NCBI GenBank assembly: GCA_050330955.1
Contig: JBHJHJ010000024.1
Coordinates: forward strand, 1,217-65,216
DNA: 64,000 bases
Direction of reading: 5' to 3'
From: Elainellaceae cyanobacterium
Lineage (GTDB): Bacteria > Cyanobacteriota > Cyanobacteriia > CAKZMO01
A program made the position numbers and the translations under genes. Each line of letters begins with the position of its first letter. The stretch's first letter is position 1. Below, piece by piece: positions 10,490 through 20,070 of this stretch. The notes beneath the pieces were generated by a model. It ran no database searches, was not told the origin of the DNA, and saw only the letters and a program-made list of their open reading frames with translations.

Positions 10490-12043
10490 CTAAGGGAGCC
10501 ACTGCGGATAAAAACCAGCGGTAGGCAGCTCATTGGGTTCCGCCTGTAAGGGAATACCGCTATCGTCAAACAGGATCGGGAAAAACCAGAGCGTGCTGTC
10601 GGTAATTACGTTTCCGTCAGCGCTGCGCAGGCCCGAAGGATCCGCGCTGACGGCAGTCGTGACCTGGTCAAATAGGAGCCCCAAACCGTCTGGTGCAAGG
10701 CTCATTTTAATGTCTGGCTGCATTGGCAGCAGGAGCAGGTCGCTGCGATCGCCCGTTTCAAGATTAATGGCTACGAGATAGGGCTGCTCTGCATACACAT
10801 CTCCCGGCAGACGCTCGGTGACGATGCCATACACGTAGTCTCCGGCAGGGGAAAATTTGGCATCAAGGATCGACCCTGGTACGGAGAGGAGGTTGCGCTC
10901 TTGTCCCTGGTTGGTGACCCAAAATAGCGACTGGGTTGGCTCGGTCGGGTCAGCATTAAACCTTACTAGGGCAGCCGCGGTGCCGTCTGACGCAAAATCC
11001 AGCACGAGACCATACTGGGGCAAGAAATCGATAGGTTCCGCCGAGTCCTCCTCGCTGAGGGAGAGCAGCGCCATTCCCTGCCCCTGCAGGTAGGCGATGG
11101 CTTGGCTGTCAGGGGTGATTAGGAAATCTCCCCCGGGCTCAGCAGGCAGTGGGGCCAAGGCTTGATTGCCCTCTGGATCTATGCGCAAGGTCCACAGGCC
11201 AAACTCACTGGGTTTTTGCCGGTTAACGCGATAGACGACGATGGTTTGGCCGTCAGGGGATAAATCGAACTTTAGGTTTTGATAGTCGTCGCTACTGAGC
11301 AGGAGCTGGACATCGCTGTTGAGGGGAAAGGCTGGTTCCGCCGCTTTTGCGCCGGGAGTCGTGGCCGGGGGGGGCGCGGTAATCCCCGTAGCGGCGACGT
11401 AAATCTGCTGGTTCAGCAATCCCTGGTCGCGGGAGGCGCGCTCCACCGCCGAAAATAGGACGCGATCGCCATTGGGATAGGGCTCGTAATCCATCACCAC
11501 CAGCGTCTCCGGGGTCAGAATTCGCTTCTCCTGGCGCGTCAGGTTGTAGAGAATCAGGCGTCCCTCCTCAGCCTCGCTGGCCCCGAGGTAGAGGAAGGCG
11601 CGATCGCGAGTGCGGAAGCTACCCTCGAATGGAACGAGGACGTGGCTAGCATCGTCCTGGCCCGTGCTGAAGCGGTCCCAGGCGCGGTCTACCGTGAGCT
11701 TGTAGTCGTAGCCATAGGGAGCAGGGGCCAGCAGCGTATAGGCCATGCGGCGACCGGCCCAGCTGACTTTGCCTGGGATGGGCTGCCGATCTGATTCAGA
11801 AATTAGCGCCTGCAGCGCCAGATTTTCCTCAACGGCCCTATGGTCCATCGGACGGCTAAATGTGAGGAAAAAGGCCTGGTCTTCAGCCCCAACCAGCCTG
11901 CCTTGCCAGCTAAACTCTCTGACGGTGGGGGCAGGCTGCTTGACCCAAAAAATGGTAAAGACCAAGACGACGGCGAGCGCCGCGCTGACGACCGTCGCAG
12001 CGCGGTCGAGGGGATACGAAAATAGCTTAGGGATTCGCATCAT
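10490..12043 (-). CDS. Membrane-anchored beta-propeller (TolB/WD40-like) protein, hypothetical
   Basis: 517 aa. N-terminal TM helix (AATVVSAALAVVLVFTIFWV) followed by repeated beta-strand-rich segments typical of periplasmic propellers. Confidence 0.45.
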   Translation of the reverse strand: MMRIPKLFSYPLDRAATVVSAALAVVLVFTIFWVKQPAPTVREFSWQGRLVGAEDQAFFLTFSRPMDHRAVEENLALQALISESDRQPIPGKVSWAGRRMAYTLLAPAPYGYDYKLTVDRAWDRFSTGQDDASHVLVPFEGSFRTRDRAFLYLGASEAEEGRLILYNLTRQEKRILTPETLVVMDYEPYPNGDRVLFSAVERASRDQGLLNQQIYVAATGITAPPPATTPGAKAAEPAFPLNSDVQLLLSSDDYQNLKFDLSPDGQTIVVYRVNRQKPSEFGLWTLRIDPEGNQALAPLPAEPGGDFLITPDSQAIAYLQGQGMALLSLSEEDSAEPIDFLPQYGLVLDFASDGTAAALVRFNADPTEPTQSLFWVTNQGQERNLLSVPGSILDAKFSPAGDYVYGIVTERLPGDVYAEQPYLVAINLETGDRSDLLLLPMQPDIKMSLAPDGLGLLFDQVTTAVSADPSGLRSADGNVITDSTLWFFPILFDDSGIPLQAEPNELPTAGFYPQWLP

Positions 12044-12121
12044 TCGATTTTACCGCGTCTGAATTTGACTGGCTAAGCGGGAGCTATTACGCGCGTCAGG
12101 CCATCCCGCTGACGCGGGCGC

Positions 12122-13249
12122 TTAATTTGCTCGGCGGCGCAGGATTTTGAACCGCTGGCTCAGCCGCCAGAGCCGGCTGCGATTCAAGTCAGTGAGCTTT
12201 GAGACTGCCCTACGGAGCTGGCGCTGCGTCCGGGCCTGAAGCGCTTCGAGAGCTTCAGCCCGCTGCGTCATTTGGGCCAGTTGAGCTTTGACTTGATCGA
12301 GCTCGCCAGAGAGGACGCCAGAGGGGATGCCAGAGGGGGCGCTTGGCAGTGAACCCGGAGACAGTTCGATCTGGTCGCCGTCCTGTAGGGCTCTCCCGTA
12401 GCGAAGATTGTTTTGTTGAAAGGCCTCGAGCGCCTGCTGAAAGGCGCTGCCCTGAGCGGCAATTTGCTGCTGCAGCCGCGCCTGTACGTGGTGATAAAGC
12501 TCCAGGTCCAGCGCGTTGTAGCGCTCAATCAGGGCGATCGCTCGGGGGGAAAGCTGCTCGCGTTTCGGACGCTGTGGGTTGACGTTGAGCCGGGGATAGG
12601 GGGACGGTGACCAACCGAGGCGCTGCCCTAGCAGCAGCAGCGTCGCGTCGAACTGCTCTGAGGTTCCTGCCACCACAAAGGCGGCGTCGAGGTTATGCTT
12701 GGCTTGCTGCAAGTGTTTTGAGGTGCACTCGTCGAAGCCAACGGTGCCGCTTACACCAGAGAGGTGACGGGTTTGGACATTGTTGGTCTGCTTTTGCAGC
12801 CCGCAGCCAACATACTCCGCAACGCTGCGGGCTGCCTGGGCCACCGGATAGCCGGGGTGGCTTGGACTCTTGAGCACGAAGTAATAGTGGGAGACCACCC
12901 GCTCGATGGGGTGGCGCAGCAGCGTCACATAGGCTGAGGGCTGGGGCAAATATTGGTGGATGCCAAAGGGCATATGCCCATATATCAGTCGAAGCTGCCG
13001 CCGCTGAGCCTCAGGCATAGTCTGTATGTTCTTAAATGCGTGCTTTTTAGTGCGATAGCTGGCCTCACTGCCGTAGTGGTCCGTGAGAATGTTGGCCATC
13101 GTGGTGCCTGCCGCCTTGGGAATGTGCAAAAAGATGATGGTTTTAGGACGAGACAGGCTGATAGCGGACCCCGAATCGGCGCCACAATCATTGGGCTCAA
13201 AAGCGTCGGGCTCAAAAGCGGTAGTCATGGAGCTCAATTTCCTTAGCAA
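12122..13249 (-). CDS. Sulfotransferase-fold protein with C-terminal coiled coil
   Basis: IIFLHIPKAAGTTMANIL matches the 5'-PSB PAPS-binding loop (hydrophobic strand, P-K-x-G/A-G-T-T) of carbohydrate-type sulfotransferases. The C-terminal ~80 aa have heptad character (QLAQMTQRAEALEALQARTQRQLRR). Confidence 0.6.
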   Translation of the reverse strand: MLRKLSSMTTAFEPDAFEPNDCGADSGSAISLSRPKTIIFLHIPKAAGTTMANILTDHYGSEASYRTKKHAFKNIQTMPEAQRRQLRLIYGHMPFGIHQYLPQPSAYVTLLRHPIERVVSHYYFVLKSPSHPGYPVAQAARSVAEYVGCGLQKQTNNVQTRHLSGVSGTVGFDECTSKHLQQAKHNLDAAFVVAGTSEQFDATLLLLGQRLGWSPSPYPRLNVNPQRPKREQLSPRAIALIERYNALDLELYHHVQARLQQQIAAQGSAFQQALEAFQQNNLRYGRALQDGDQIELSPGSLPSAPSGIPSGVLSGELDQVKAQLAQMTQRAEALEALQARTQRQLRRAVSKLTDLNRSRLWRLSQRFKILRRRAN

Positions 13250-13907
13250 AGACCGTCTCGATTAGCTGGCGCTGAGCGGGGGTGTAAATGTCTTGATAGG
13301 GGCGGTAATCGTTGCGGCGATCGGCCTTAGCCCAGATGTCTAGGGTCCCGCTGAATGGAATATCTAAGCGCTGGCACACGTCACTCAGGCCTTGGGATAG
13401 GGCTTCGTAGTGAATCACCCGGTCGACAATAATGCGATCGCCTCCCAGGTCGGTGTAGTAAGGATAGTTGAGGCAAAAATCACCGTGGCTCAGGTACGCC
13501 TTGAAGCTGAGGGGCTGCTTACTGTCGTAGCGCCGCATGTGGTAGTAGGACAGGGTCTTATCCCAGGGGTTACGCTCGACGCAAAATTTGAAATAGGTTC
13601 GCCAAATTTGGCGGGGCACCCGCGCCCTGATGGCGTAGGCCGGCAGGTGATTATAAAATCGGTTGCAGGTCCGGTAGTCCTTCAGGGTGGACTGGAGGGG
13701 CTGCCGGTGTCTTGCCCGGAGCCACAGCTCGGGGAGGGGATTAAACCCTGATTGGTAGTTTTGGGCGTGGTGGGGTTTGACAGGAGGATAGATGGGGGTA
13801 ATGACGCCGCGATCGCCACAGTGCTGGGAGAGGAAAACCTCAAGGCTGGTGCTGGCTGTCTTCATCGTTTTGATGAAGATAAAGCGGTGCTTGTGGGAGA
13901 TGATCAT
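13212..13907 (-). CDS. Sulfotransferase-fold protein (short)
   Basis: FIFIKTMKTASTSLEVFL is a variant 5'-PSB loop. 231 aa. The 3' end overlaps the start of the next sulfotransferase gene by 38 bp. Confidence 0.5.
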   Translation of the reverse strand: MIISHKHRFIFIKTMKTASTSLEVFLSQHCGDRGVITPIYPPVKPHHAQNYQSGFNPLPELWLRARHRQPLQSTLKDYRTCNRFYNHLPAYAIRARVPRQIWRTYFKFCVERNPWDKTLSYYHMRRYDSKQPLSFKAYLSHGDFCLNYPYYTDLGGDRIIVDRVIHYEALSQGLSDVCQRLDIPFSGTLDIWAKADRRNDYRPYQDIYTPAQRQLIETVFAKEIELHDYRF

Positions 13908-14172
13908 GGGCTATGTCTTAAGCACTAGAGCGCACCCAAGCTGTTCACTACAAACTGTTTCGCCCTTAATGTACCAGAGGGAAGGACGCTTCTGGTGAAT
14001 GGCTTCAAAATGGATTGCCCCCCACGATTAAGGGGAAGCGCAGCCAAGGCGATCGCCTCATAGGCCACCACCCAAGCAACTTCCGTAAATGAAGCAGCTT
14101 GGGTGAACAACCAGAGTCATTATCCCCTCCATCGATTGGGAGGGACCTGTCTAATGGAATTTGAGCGTTCCT

Positions 14173-15732
14173 CTAACCGAAGATGAAGCTCTCGGCGCCG
14201 ACGTCTGAGACACTGACATTGGCCAAAGCCACCAGCCGCAGCGGATCTCTGCCGCCGTCAAGGCCATCGCGATCAAAGAGCACAACCGTCCGACTCTCGC
14301 TGCCGCTGAGCCGAATGCTATCGCCCAAAGCGCTGGCGTCGGTGGCAAGACCGGCACGCTGCAGCAAGCTGCTCACGTCAATCAAGTCGCTACCCACTTC
14401 AAAATCGGTAATCGTGTCTAGCACATCTCTAACCCCGCGGTAGATAAAGGTATCGCTGCCGCTGCCGCCGGTAATTCGGTCGTTGCCAAAGCCACCCGTG
14501 ATCTGATCGTCGCCGCTGCCGCCGATAATTCGGTCCCGGCCCCGGTTACCCAGGATCTCGTCGTCGCCAGCACCACCAACGATCCTGTCGTTGCCAACGC
14601 CGCCACTGATAAAGTCGTCACCGCCGCCGCCAAAAACGAGATCGTCCCCAAAGCCCCCGATTAGCCTGTCATCGCCATTGTTGCCTGAGAGTCTGTCGTC
14701 ACCGCCGTTGCCAAAGACAACGTCGTTATCGGCCCCACCCGCAATTCTATCCTCGCCGAGACCGCCAAAGATGCAGTCATTACCGCCACTGCCGGTGATA
14801 TTGTCGTCGCCGGCCAAGCCGCGAAAATCCTCGGCGGCGCTGCTGCCAGCTAAGTTATCAGACTGGGCCGTTCCAGCAATTAGAATTTTGTCATCATCGT
14901 CGTCGGAGGGGAGCGTGACTTCCTCCGGCGCTCCTGTCCCAAAAATAGTTGTTGTCGTGTAGGTTACCGTCTCCCCTGGCGCAAGCTCAAAGCCGTTTCT
15001 GAAGGCTAGGGTGACGTCAAAAGCACCGCCGCTATCTACAAAACTATCTGCGTCAGCACCGTCACCAGTAATCACGTCATCGAGGTCGACGCCATCGATG
15101 ATGCGATCTAAAAGACCAGAAAAAGAATCTAGCTCGAAGCGTCCTGGACCGCTGACGTCTCCCCCTTCGGCGGTAATTCCTAAAAAGGTCGTTGATGTGG
15201 AGGGGTTATCGTCTGCATCGGTCTCAAACAGAATCTCCTGATCGCCATTATCTATCAGTCCACCCCCATCACTAATGCTGCCATCGAACAGTAAATCGCC
15301 GTCGATATATCGAAATAGCTCGAAGCTGATGGTTTCCGAGGTCGGGTTTGTGATCAGGTAGGTTTGGGTTAACAGGCTACCGGTGCGAGTCCCTTCATCC
15401 AGCAGGTCCGTGGTCGTTTGATCGAGCTGAAACTCTAAATCGCTAAAGCTGAAGACGCTCGCTGCTTCATCGTCATCTGACGAAGTAAAACCAGGGTCCT
15501 CCAGGCTTCCCGAGCTTCCAATACTCCCAATCGTTAGAAATGTGCGAGAGCCAGCGTTATTGATCTCAATCGCAACACCAGATTCGAAGGTGGTTCCTGC
15601 CGCATCCCCGTCGCCGATGGGATCATAAAGCGCGTCGCTTACTCCACCACCAACAGCACTACCAAAAGAACCGTAAGCATCAACCTCAACACTCACACTG
15701 CCGTCGCCGGCAGCAGTACTCAGTAACACCAT
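14173..15732 (-). CDS. RTX (hemolysin-type calcium-binding nonapeptide repeat) protein
   Basis: More than ten tandem GGxGxDxUx repeats (GGLGEDRIAGGADNDVVFGNGGDDRLSGNNGDDRLIGGFGDDLVFGGGGDDFISGGVGNDRIVGGAGDDEIL...). No N-terminal signal peptide. Acidic C-terminus, consistent with a T1SS substrate. Confidence 0.8.
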   Translation of the reverse strand: MVLLSTAAGDGSVSVEVDAYGSFGSAVGGGVSDALYDPIGDGDAAGTTFESGVAIEINNAGSRTFLTIGSIGSSGSLEDPGFTSSDDDEAASVFSFSDLEFQLDQTTTDLLDEGTRTGSLLTQTYLITNPTSETISFELFRYIDGDLLFDGSISDGGGLIDNGDQEILFETDADDNPSTSTTFLGITAEGGDVSGPGRFELDSFSGLLDRIIDGVDLDDVITGDGADADSFVDSGGAFDVTLAFRNGFELAPGETVTYTTTTIFGTGAPEEVTLPSDDDDDKILIAGTAQSDNLAGSSAAEDFRGLAGDDNITGSGGNDCIFGGLGEDRIAGGADNDVVFGNGGDDRLSGNNGDDRLIGGFGDDLVFGGGGDDFISGGVGNDRIVGGAGDDEILGNRGRDRIIGGSGDDQITGGFGNDRITGGSGSDTFIYRGVRDVLDTITDFEVGSDLIDVSSLLQRAGLATDASALGDSIRLSGSESRTVVLFDRDGLDGGRDPLRLVALANVSVSDVGAESFIFG

Positions 15733-15871
15733 GACAAGACGTCCACGTAATTATCGTTTTACTTTAGAGGAGAAAAACCCTCTATGGGCAACGATAGCAT
15801 TCCGAAAGGTTTTTATCTGATTGTATTAAAGATGTTTAACACCGTAGCGCCGCGCTTAGTCACCTTTGCAG

Positions 15872-17788
15872 CTACCTTTTGATGCGATCGAAAATTTGTC
15901 GGCCGAGCACAGAGACCCGCAGAGGCCGAATTACCCGCTTGCCGAATTGGACGGTGCGGTCCGCTAGAGCGGCTGTCCATTGCGCGACGCGGTGTTTGAT
16001 GTAGCCCGTGTATGCGTAGCGCACGTGAGGTGAGGTATAGGGTAGCTTAGGAAGCCGATTCTGGTTCGAAAAGACAATAAATACGGCGTTGGCCAGGACA
16101 GGTCTGAACGGCGATGCCAGAAGCTTGAGGAAAATCGGCCCGATTTCATTCTGCATCCCCTTGTGGAGGACGGCCCACTGGTAGCGCTTTGGGTCAACCC
16201 GCGAGTCGCCGTAGTTGGCGATTCGTCCAGAGGGAATGGAGGTTTCGCTGGGCATCATGCTGCCAAACGAGAAGCGAAATAGGTTGGGGGCAAAGATCTT
16301 TTCACCGGGGTGGACGTGCTGCCGCAAGAATGTCTCGACCTCCTGCCAGGGCTGGGGGACATCTTTAAATAGAAAGGCGGTGGCGTCGATGGTTGGGCGA
16401 TCGCCCACAGGACAAATCTGCACAAGGTCGATAGCGACCCCCACCCGTCGCTTGTCGGCCACAGCGGGCATGGCGGACTGCAGCGACTGGGTGTGCCCCA
16501 CCTGAAACGTCAGCCGCGTGAAGGGAACACCTTGGGTCGCGGACTTTGGGATAGTGCCGCGCAGGATGGCGGTATCTTCGTCGCAGTAGAGGGTAAACAA
16601 ATGCAGCATCGTCTGATTGACGCGCAGCTGCAAGCTGCTGAGCACCTCAGGCGTTACGGCATTGATCACCCGAATCTCAACGGCGTAGTCATTGGGAAGT
16701 AGGGCCGGGAAGTCGAGGGTAGAAGTTGGTCCTGGCCCCGTCCAGCGAAAAGGCAGGTGGCGCTCCTCTCCTTCCCACCCGTGCCACCCCGATCCAGAGA
16801 ACCCCTGCTTGAAGGTGAAGGTGAGCTGAGAAATTGGGGGCGGCAGCGTCTGAATGAAGCAGGCCTCATAGTGCTGCTCAAGCTGCCGTTGGTGGACGTC
16901 CTGCGCTGACGCGCTATCGCTCTGAAGGTGACTGAGCATCGCCTGATGACGGCGCTCAAATAGGGCCTTGGCATAGTCATACAGCGCCACGTCAAGCTGG
17001 TTGTGCTCCAAAATAATCTCCAGCTCTTCAGCGCTGAGCTGCTCCCGCTTCAGCTTTTTGTTGCCCACCATCAGCCGCTGCACCTGCTGCAGGGGCGACC
17101 AGCCAAAGGTGTAGTTCAGCAGGGCCATGGAGTCGTCGAACTGTTCTGTGAGTCCGACGAAGGCAAAGTCTTCTAGGTGGGCCCGGGCAGCGTCGAGCCA
17201 GTCGCGGTGGGCGGAACGGGCCGCACCCCGCCAGGCCCGCCCTGCAAGCTGGCGGGCTTGGGCGTTGACCACGCCGGACACGTTTGGGTCACAGATGTAG
17301 TCTTTGAGCGGCAGGGTGCGAGCTTTGTGCTGGGTGGCAGCCGCTTGAGGATGGATAATGATGCAGGTTTTCATGAACTCGTAGGCCGAGATCACCCGCT
17401 CTACCGGATCTCGCAGCATGGTGACGAGGTGGGGCGATCGCGGCAGAATGAGGCCGATGTCGTAGGAGAAGTGGCCCCGAAAGAGGCGGTAGCCCGCAAT
17501 TTGTTCGGCAGAATACTCGTGCAGCTCAATCAAGCGATGTTCCGGACAGATTTTATCCCGATCAAACTTCGAGTCTAGAATAGAGGTCAGCGTCGTCCCC
17601 GCCGTCTTGGGAATGTGAATAAAGCACAGCTGGTCATCAGGCCCCAGGCGACAGATCGGTTGGCCGTAGGCAGGCTGACCGCTTGCTGCGCTGTCGCCTA
17701 GACTGTCGCCCAAACTACCGCCTACGCTGCCGCCTTGGTTTACTCCACTATTGCTCTGTTTCACTGCGCCGCCGTATCCTAGCTCCAA
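15872..17788 (-). CDS. Sulfotransferase-domain protein with Gly/Ser-rich N-terminus and ~330-aa C-terminal domain of unknown function
   Basis: LCFIHIPKTAGTTLTSIL is the 5'-PSB loop. The rest of the sulfotransferase fold runs to about aa 290, followed by a non-repetitive ~340-aa extension. Confidence 0.6.
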   Translation of the reverse strand: MELGYGGAVKQSNSGVNQGGSVGGSLGDSLGDSAASGQPAYGQPICRLGPDDQLCFIHIPKTAGTTLTSILDSKFDRDKICPEHRLIELHEYSAEQIAGYRLFRGHFSYDIGLILPRSPHLVTMLRDPVERVISAYEFMKTCIIIHPQAAATQHKARTLPLKDYICDPNVSGVVNAQARQLAGRAWRGAARSAHRDWLDAARAHLEDFAFVGLTEQFDDSMALLNYTFGWSPLQQVQRLMVGNKKLKREQLSAEELEIILEHNQLDVALYDYAKALFERRHQAMLSHLQSDSASAQDVHQRQLEQHYEACFIQTLPPPISQLTFTFKQGFSGSGWHGWEGEERHLPFRWTGPGPTSTLDFPALLPNDYAVEIRVINAVTPEVLSSLQLRVNQTMLHLFTLYCDEDTAILRGTIPKSATQGVPFTRLTFQVGHTQSLQSAMPAVADKRRVGVAIDLVQICPVGDRPTIDATAFLFKDVPQPWQEVETFLRQHVHPGEKIFAPNLFRFSFGSMMPSETSIPSGRIANYGDSRVDPKRYQWAVLHKGMQNEIGPIFLKLLASPFRPVLANAVFIVFSNQNRLPKLPYTSPHVRYAYTGYIKHRVAQWTAALADRTVQFGKRVIRPLRVSVLGRQIFDRIKR

Positions 17789-17827
17789 TCACACCAAGCG
17801 TGTTGGTCGAGCCCAATCGTAGCACAA

Positions 17828-17950
17828 ATGCCTAATTCTAATCCTCCCGATCCGCCGCCCACGGTCAACCTCGACCCGGTGACGGTGGTTGCTATTGTCG
17901 TTATACTCCTGTTCGTGCCGCTGGTGCTGTCCGGGTTTCTGTTTCAGTGA
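17828..17950 (+). CDS. Candidate small single-TM membrane peptide (40 aa), not in ORF track
   Basis: ATG...TGA ORF encoding [40 protein letters not shown]. It has a Pro-rich head and one hydrophobic helix. It sits in the 180-bp gap directly upstream of proA on the same strand. Confidence 0.3.
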   Translation: MPNSNPPDPPPTVNLDPVTVVAIVVILLFVPLVLSGFLFQ

Positions 17951-17969
17951 TGTGTTCTTCCCCCTGCCC

Positions 17970-19274
17970 ATGACTTCTCTCTCCAATCCCCCCTCCCTCC
18001 AGGCGATCGCCCGCCGCACCCGTCAGGCGGCCCAGACCCTGGCGACCCTCTCCACCCAGCAGAAAAACGACGCCATTGAGGCGATCGCCCAGGCCCTAGC
18101 GCGTCACGCAGATCAGATTACCCAGGCCAACGCCGCCGACCTAGATGCGGCGCTGGCGGACGGGCTGGCAAAACCCCTCTATAGCCGGCTGAAGCTAGAC
18201 GGGGAGAAGCTGACGGGGGCGATCGCCGGGGTGCGCAACGTGGGCCGGCTGGCTGACCCTATCGGCCAGGTGCAGATTCATCGGGAGCTAGACGCGGGGC
18301 TGGTGCTGACGCGGGTGAGCTGCCCTTTGGGGGTGGTGGGAGTAATTTTTGAGTCTCGCCCCGACGCGGTGATGCAGATCAGCTCCCTGGCCATCAAGTC
18401 CGGCAACGGCGTCATTCTTAAAGGGGGACGAGAGGCGGTGCGCTCCTGCCAGGCAATTGTAGCGGCGATTCGAGACGGGCTGTCGGCGACGGCGGTGCCG
18501 CCCGAGGTGGTGCAGCTTCTGACCACGCGGGAAGAGACCCTAGGGATGCTGGCTTTGGACCAGGAGATTGACCTGATTATTCCTCGGGGCTCCAATGCCT
18601 TTGTACGCTTTGTGCAGGAGAACACGGCGATTCCGGTGTTGGGACACGCCGAGGGCATCTGCCACCTCTACCTAGATAGGGCAGCGGCTCCAGATAAGGC
18701 GATCGCCATCGCCCTAGACGCCAAGGTGGGCTACCCCTCAGCCTGCAACGCCATCGAAACCCTGCTGGTTCACGAGGCGATCGCCCCAACGCTGCTGCCC
18801 CAGGTAGCGGCGGCGCTGCAGGAAAAAGGGGTGGCGCTGCGGGGTGACGCCGCCGCCCAGGCCATTGTCGTCATGGATGCGGCTGGGGAGCAGGACTGGT
18901 CTACCGAGTACAGCGACTTAATGTTGTCGATTCGGGTGGTGCCGGACGTGGATGGGGCGATCCACCACATCAACCGCTACGGCTCACGCCATACGGAGGC
19001 GATCGTTACCGAGGACGACGCGGTGGCCCGTCAGTTCCTCAGCCGGGTGAACGCGGCGGGGGTGTTTCGCAACTGCTCCACCCGGTTTGCCGACGGCTTC
19101 CGCTATGGCTTTGGGGCAGAGGTGGGCATCAGTACCCAGACCATGCCGCCCCGGGGGCCGGTGGGCTTAGAGGGCCTGGTGACTTATCGGTATGAGCTGG
19201 TGGGGGAGGGGCATGTGGTAGCCAGCTATTCGGGCGCTGCGGCCAAGGCGTTTACGCATCGGGATTTGGTGTAG
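17970..19274 (+). CDS. proA: Gamma-glutamyl phosphate reductase
   Basis: MTSLSN... with [35 protein letters not shown] and the C-terminal [18 protein letters not shown]. The start was moved to the ATG at 17970. The track start at 17889 is a TTG with a Cys-rich, non-conserved extension. Confidence 0.9.
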   Translation: MTSLSNPPSLQAIARRTRQAAQTLATLSTQQKNDAIEAIAQALARHADQITQANAADLDAALADGLAKPLYSRLKLDGEKLTGAIAGVRNVGRLADPIGQVQIHRELDAGLVLTRVSCPLGVVGVIFESRPDAVMQISSLAIKSGNGVILKGGREAVRSCQAIVAAIRDGLSATAVPPEVVQLLTTREETLGMLALDQEIDLIIPRGSNAFVRFVQENTAIPVLGHAEGICHLYLDRAAAPDKAIAIALDAKVGYPSACNAIETLLVHEAIAPTLLPQVAAALQEKGVALRGDAAAQAIVVMDAAGEQDWSTEYSDLMLSIRVVPDVDGAIHHINRYGSRHTEAIVTEDDAVARQFLSRVNAAGVFRNCSTRFADGFRYGFGAEVGISTQTMPPRGPVGLEGLVTYRYELVGEGHVVASYSGAAAKAFTHRDLV

Positions 19275-19291
19275 TCGCTATGATTGCTGGG

Positions 19292-19316
19292 CCTAGGGGC
19301 GATCGCCTAGCGCCCC
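19292..19316 (+). terminator. GC hairpin downstream of proA (GGGGCG-loop-CGCCCC around a HIP1 site)
   Basis: GGGGCGATCGCCTAGCGCCCC lies 18 nt after the proA stop. There is no clear U-tract. Confidence 0.3.
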
Positions 19317-19851
19317 AAGCAGACTTAGATTGGGAAGCCACCCAAGACATGAAGTACGCCTGCGTTGATGGCGAAGTCTTTGTAATGATGGGCTAATTCA
19401 GGATCCCTGTCTGATTGCGGAGGTGCTATTGCCTAGCACTGCCGACTATGACCGTGGCGACAAGTTTACCCATCACCGCCGCATTCCGACGTTGCATATG
19501 CCATCTGTATTGCCGCGCCTACAGCTTCACTAATTGACTTGCCCTGAGCCTCCGCCAAAGCCCTGGCGCATTCGGCAACAAATCTAGGCACACGAACCGA
19601 TATAACGACCAGTTTCTCTTCTTTCGAAGTTTTCATCAGTAGAAAACGCAGCTAAAAACATGTGACTTGGGCTTGATTTTAGATGTGATTGTAATCACTT
19701 GCCCAGTCATGTCAGGTAACTTGTCTTAAGCTTTATATGCCCCTGCATTTACTTCGTATTGCCGCCTCAAGTTTGCCAGTAAGCTGTTGAAAAGGCCTAT
19801 TAAATTTACTAAGAAAATTAACAGGCTATTGAAATGATTAGGTCGGTATAA

Positions 19852-20070
19852 ATGATTCGGAAAATGGTAAAGACTGCCAGAATCCTCCAAGCCCGTTTTC
19901 ACTTCGGTCAAAAGGTAAAAATTTCCTCTAACAAAGAAGCCTACATCTGTGGGGCTATCTACTATTCTGATGTGCGGCAATGGCACTATGCATTGAGCTT
20001 CAGCGCTCAGAACTACCTGCCTGAAGAGACCTGGTATTGGGAGAGCGAGCTATGCCTACCAGATGACTAA
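19852..20070 (+). CDS. Hypothetical small aromatic-rich protein (72 aa)
   Basis: It is the only plausible ORF inside a 1.2-kb AT-richer, ORF-poor interval. No motif recognised. Confidence 0.2.
   Translation: MIRKMVKTARILQARFHFGQKVKISSNKEAYICGAIYYSDVRQWHYALSFSAQNYLPEETWYWESELCLPDD

Noticed and set aside
14591-14962. Pro/Ser-rich 123-aa plus-strand ORF
   Set aside because: Antisense to the RTX repeat region.
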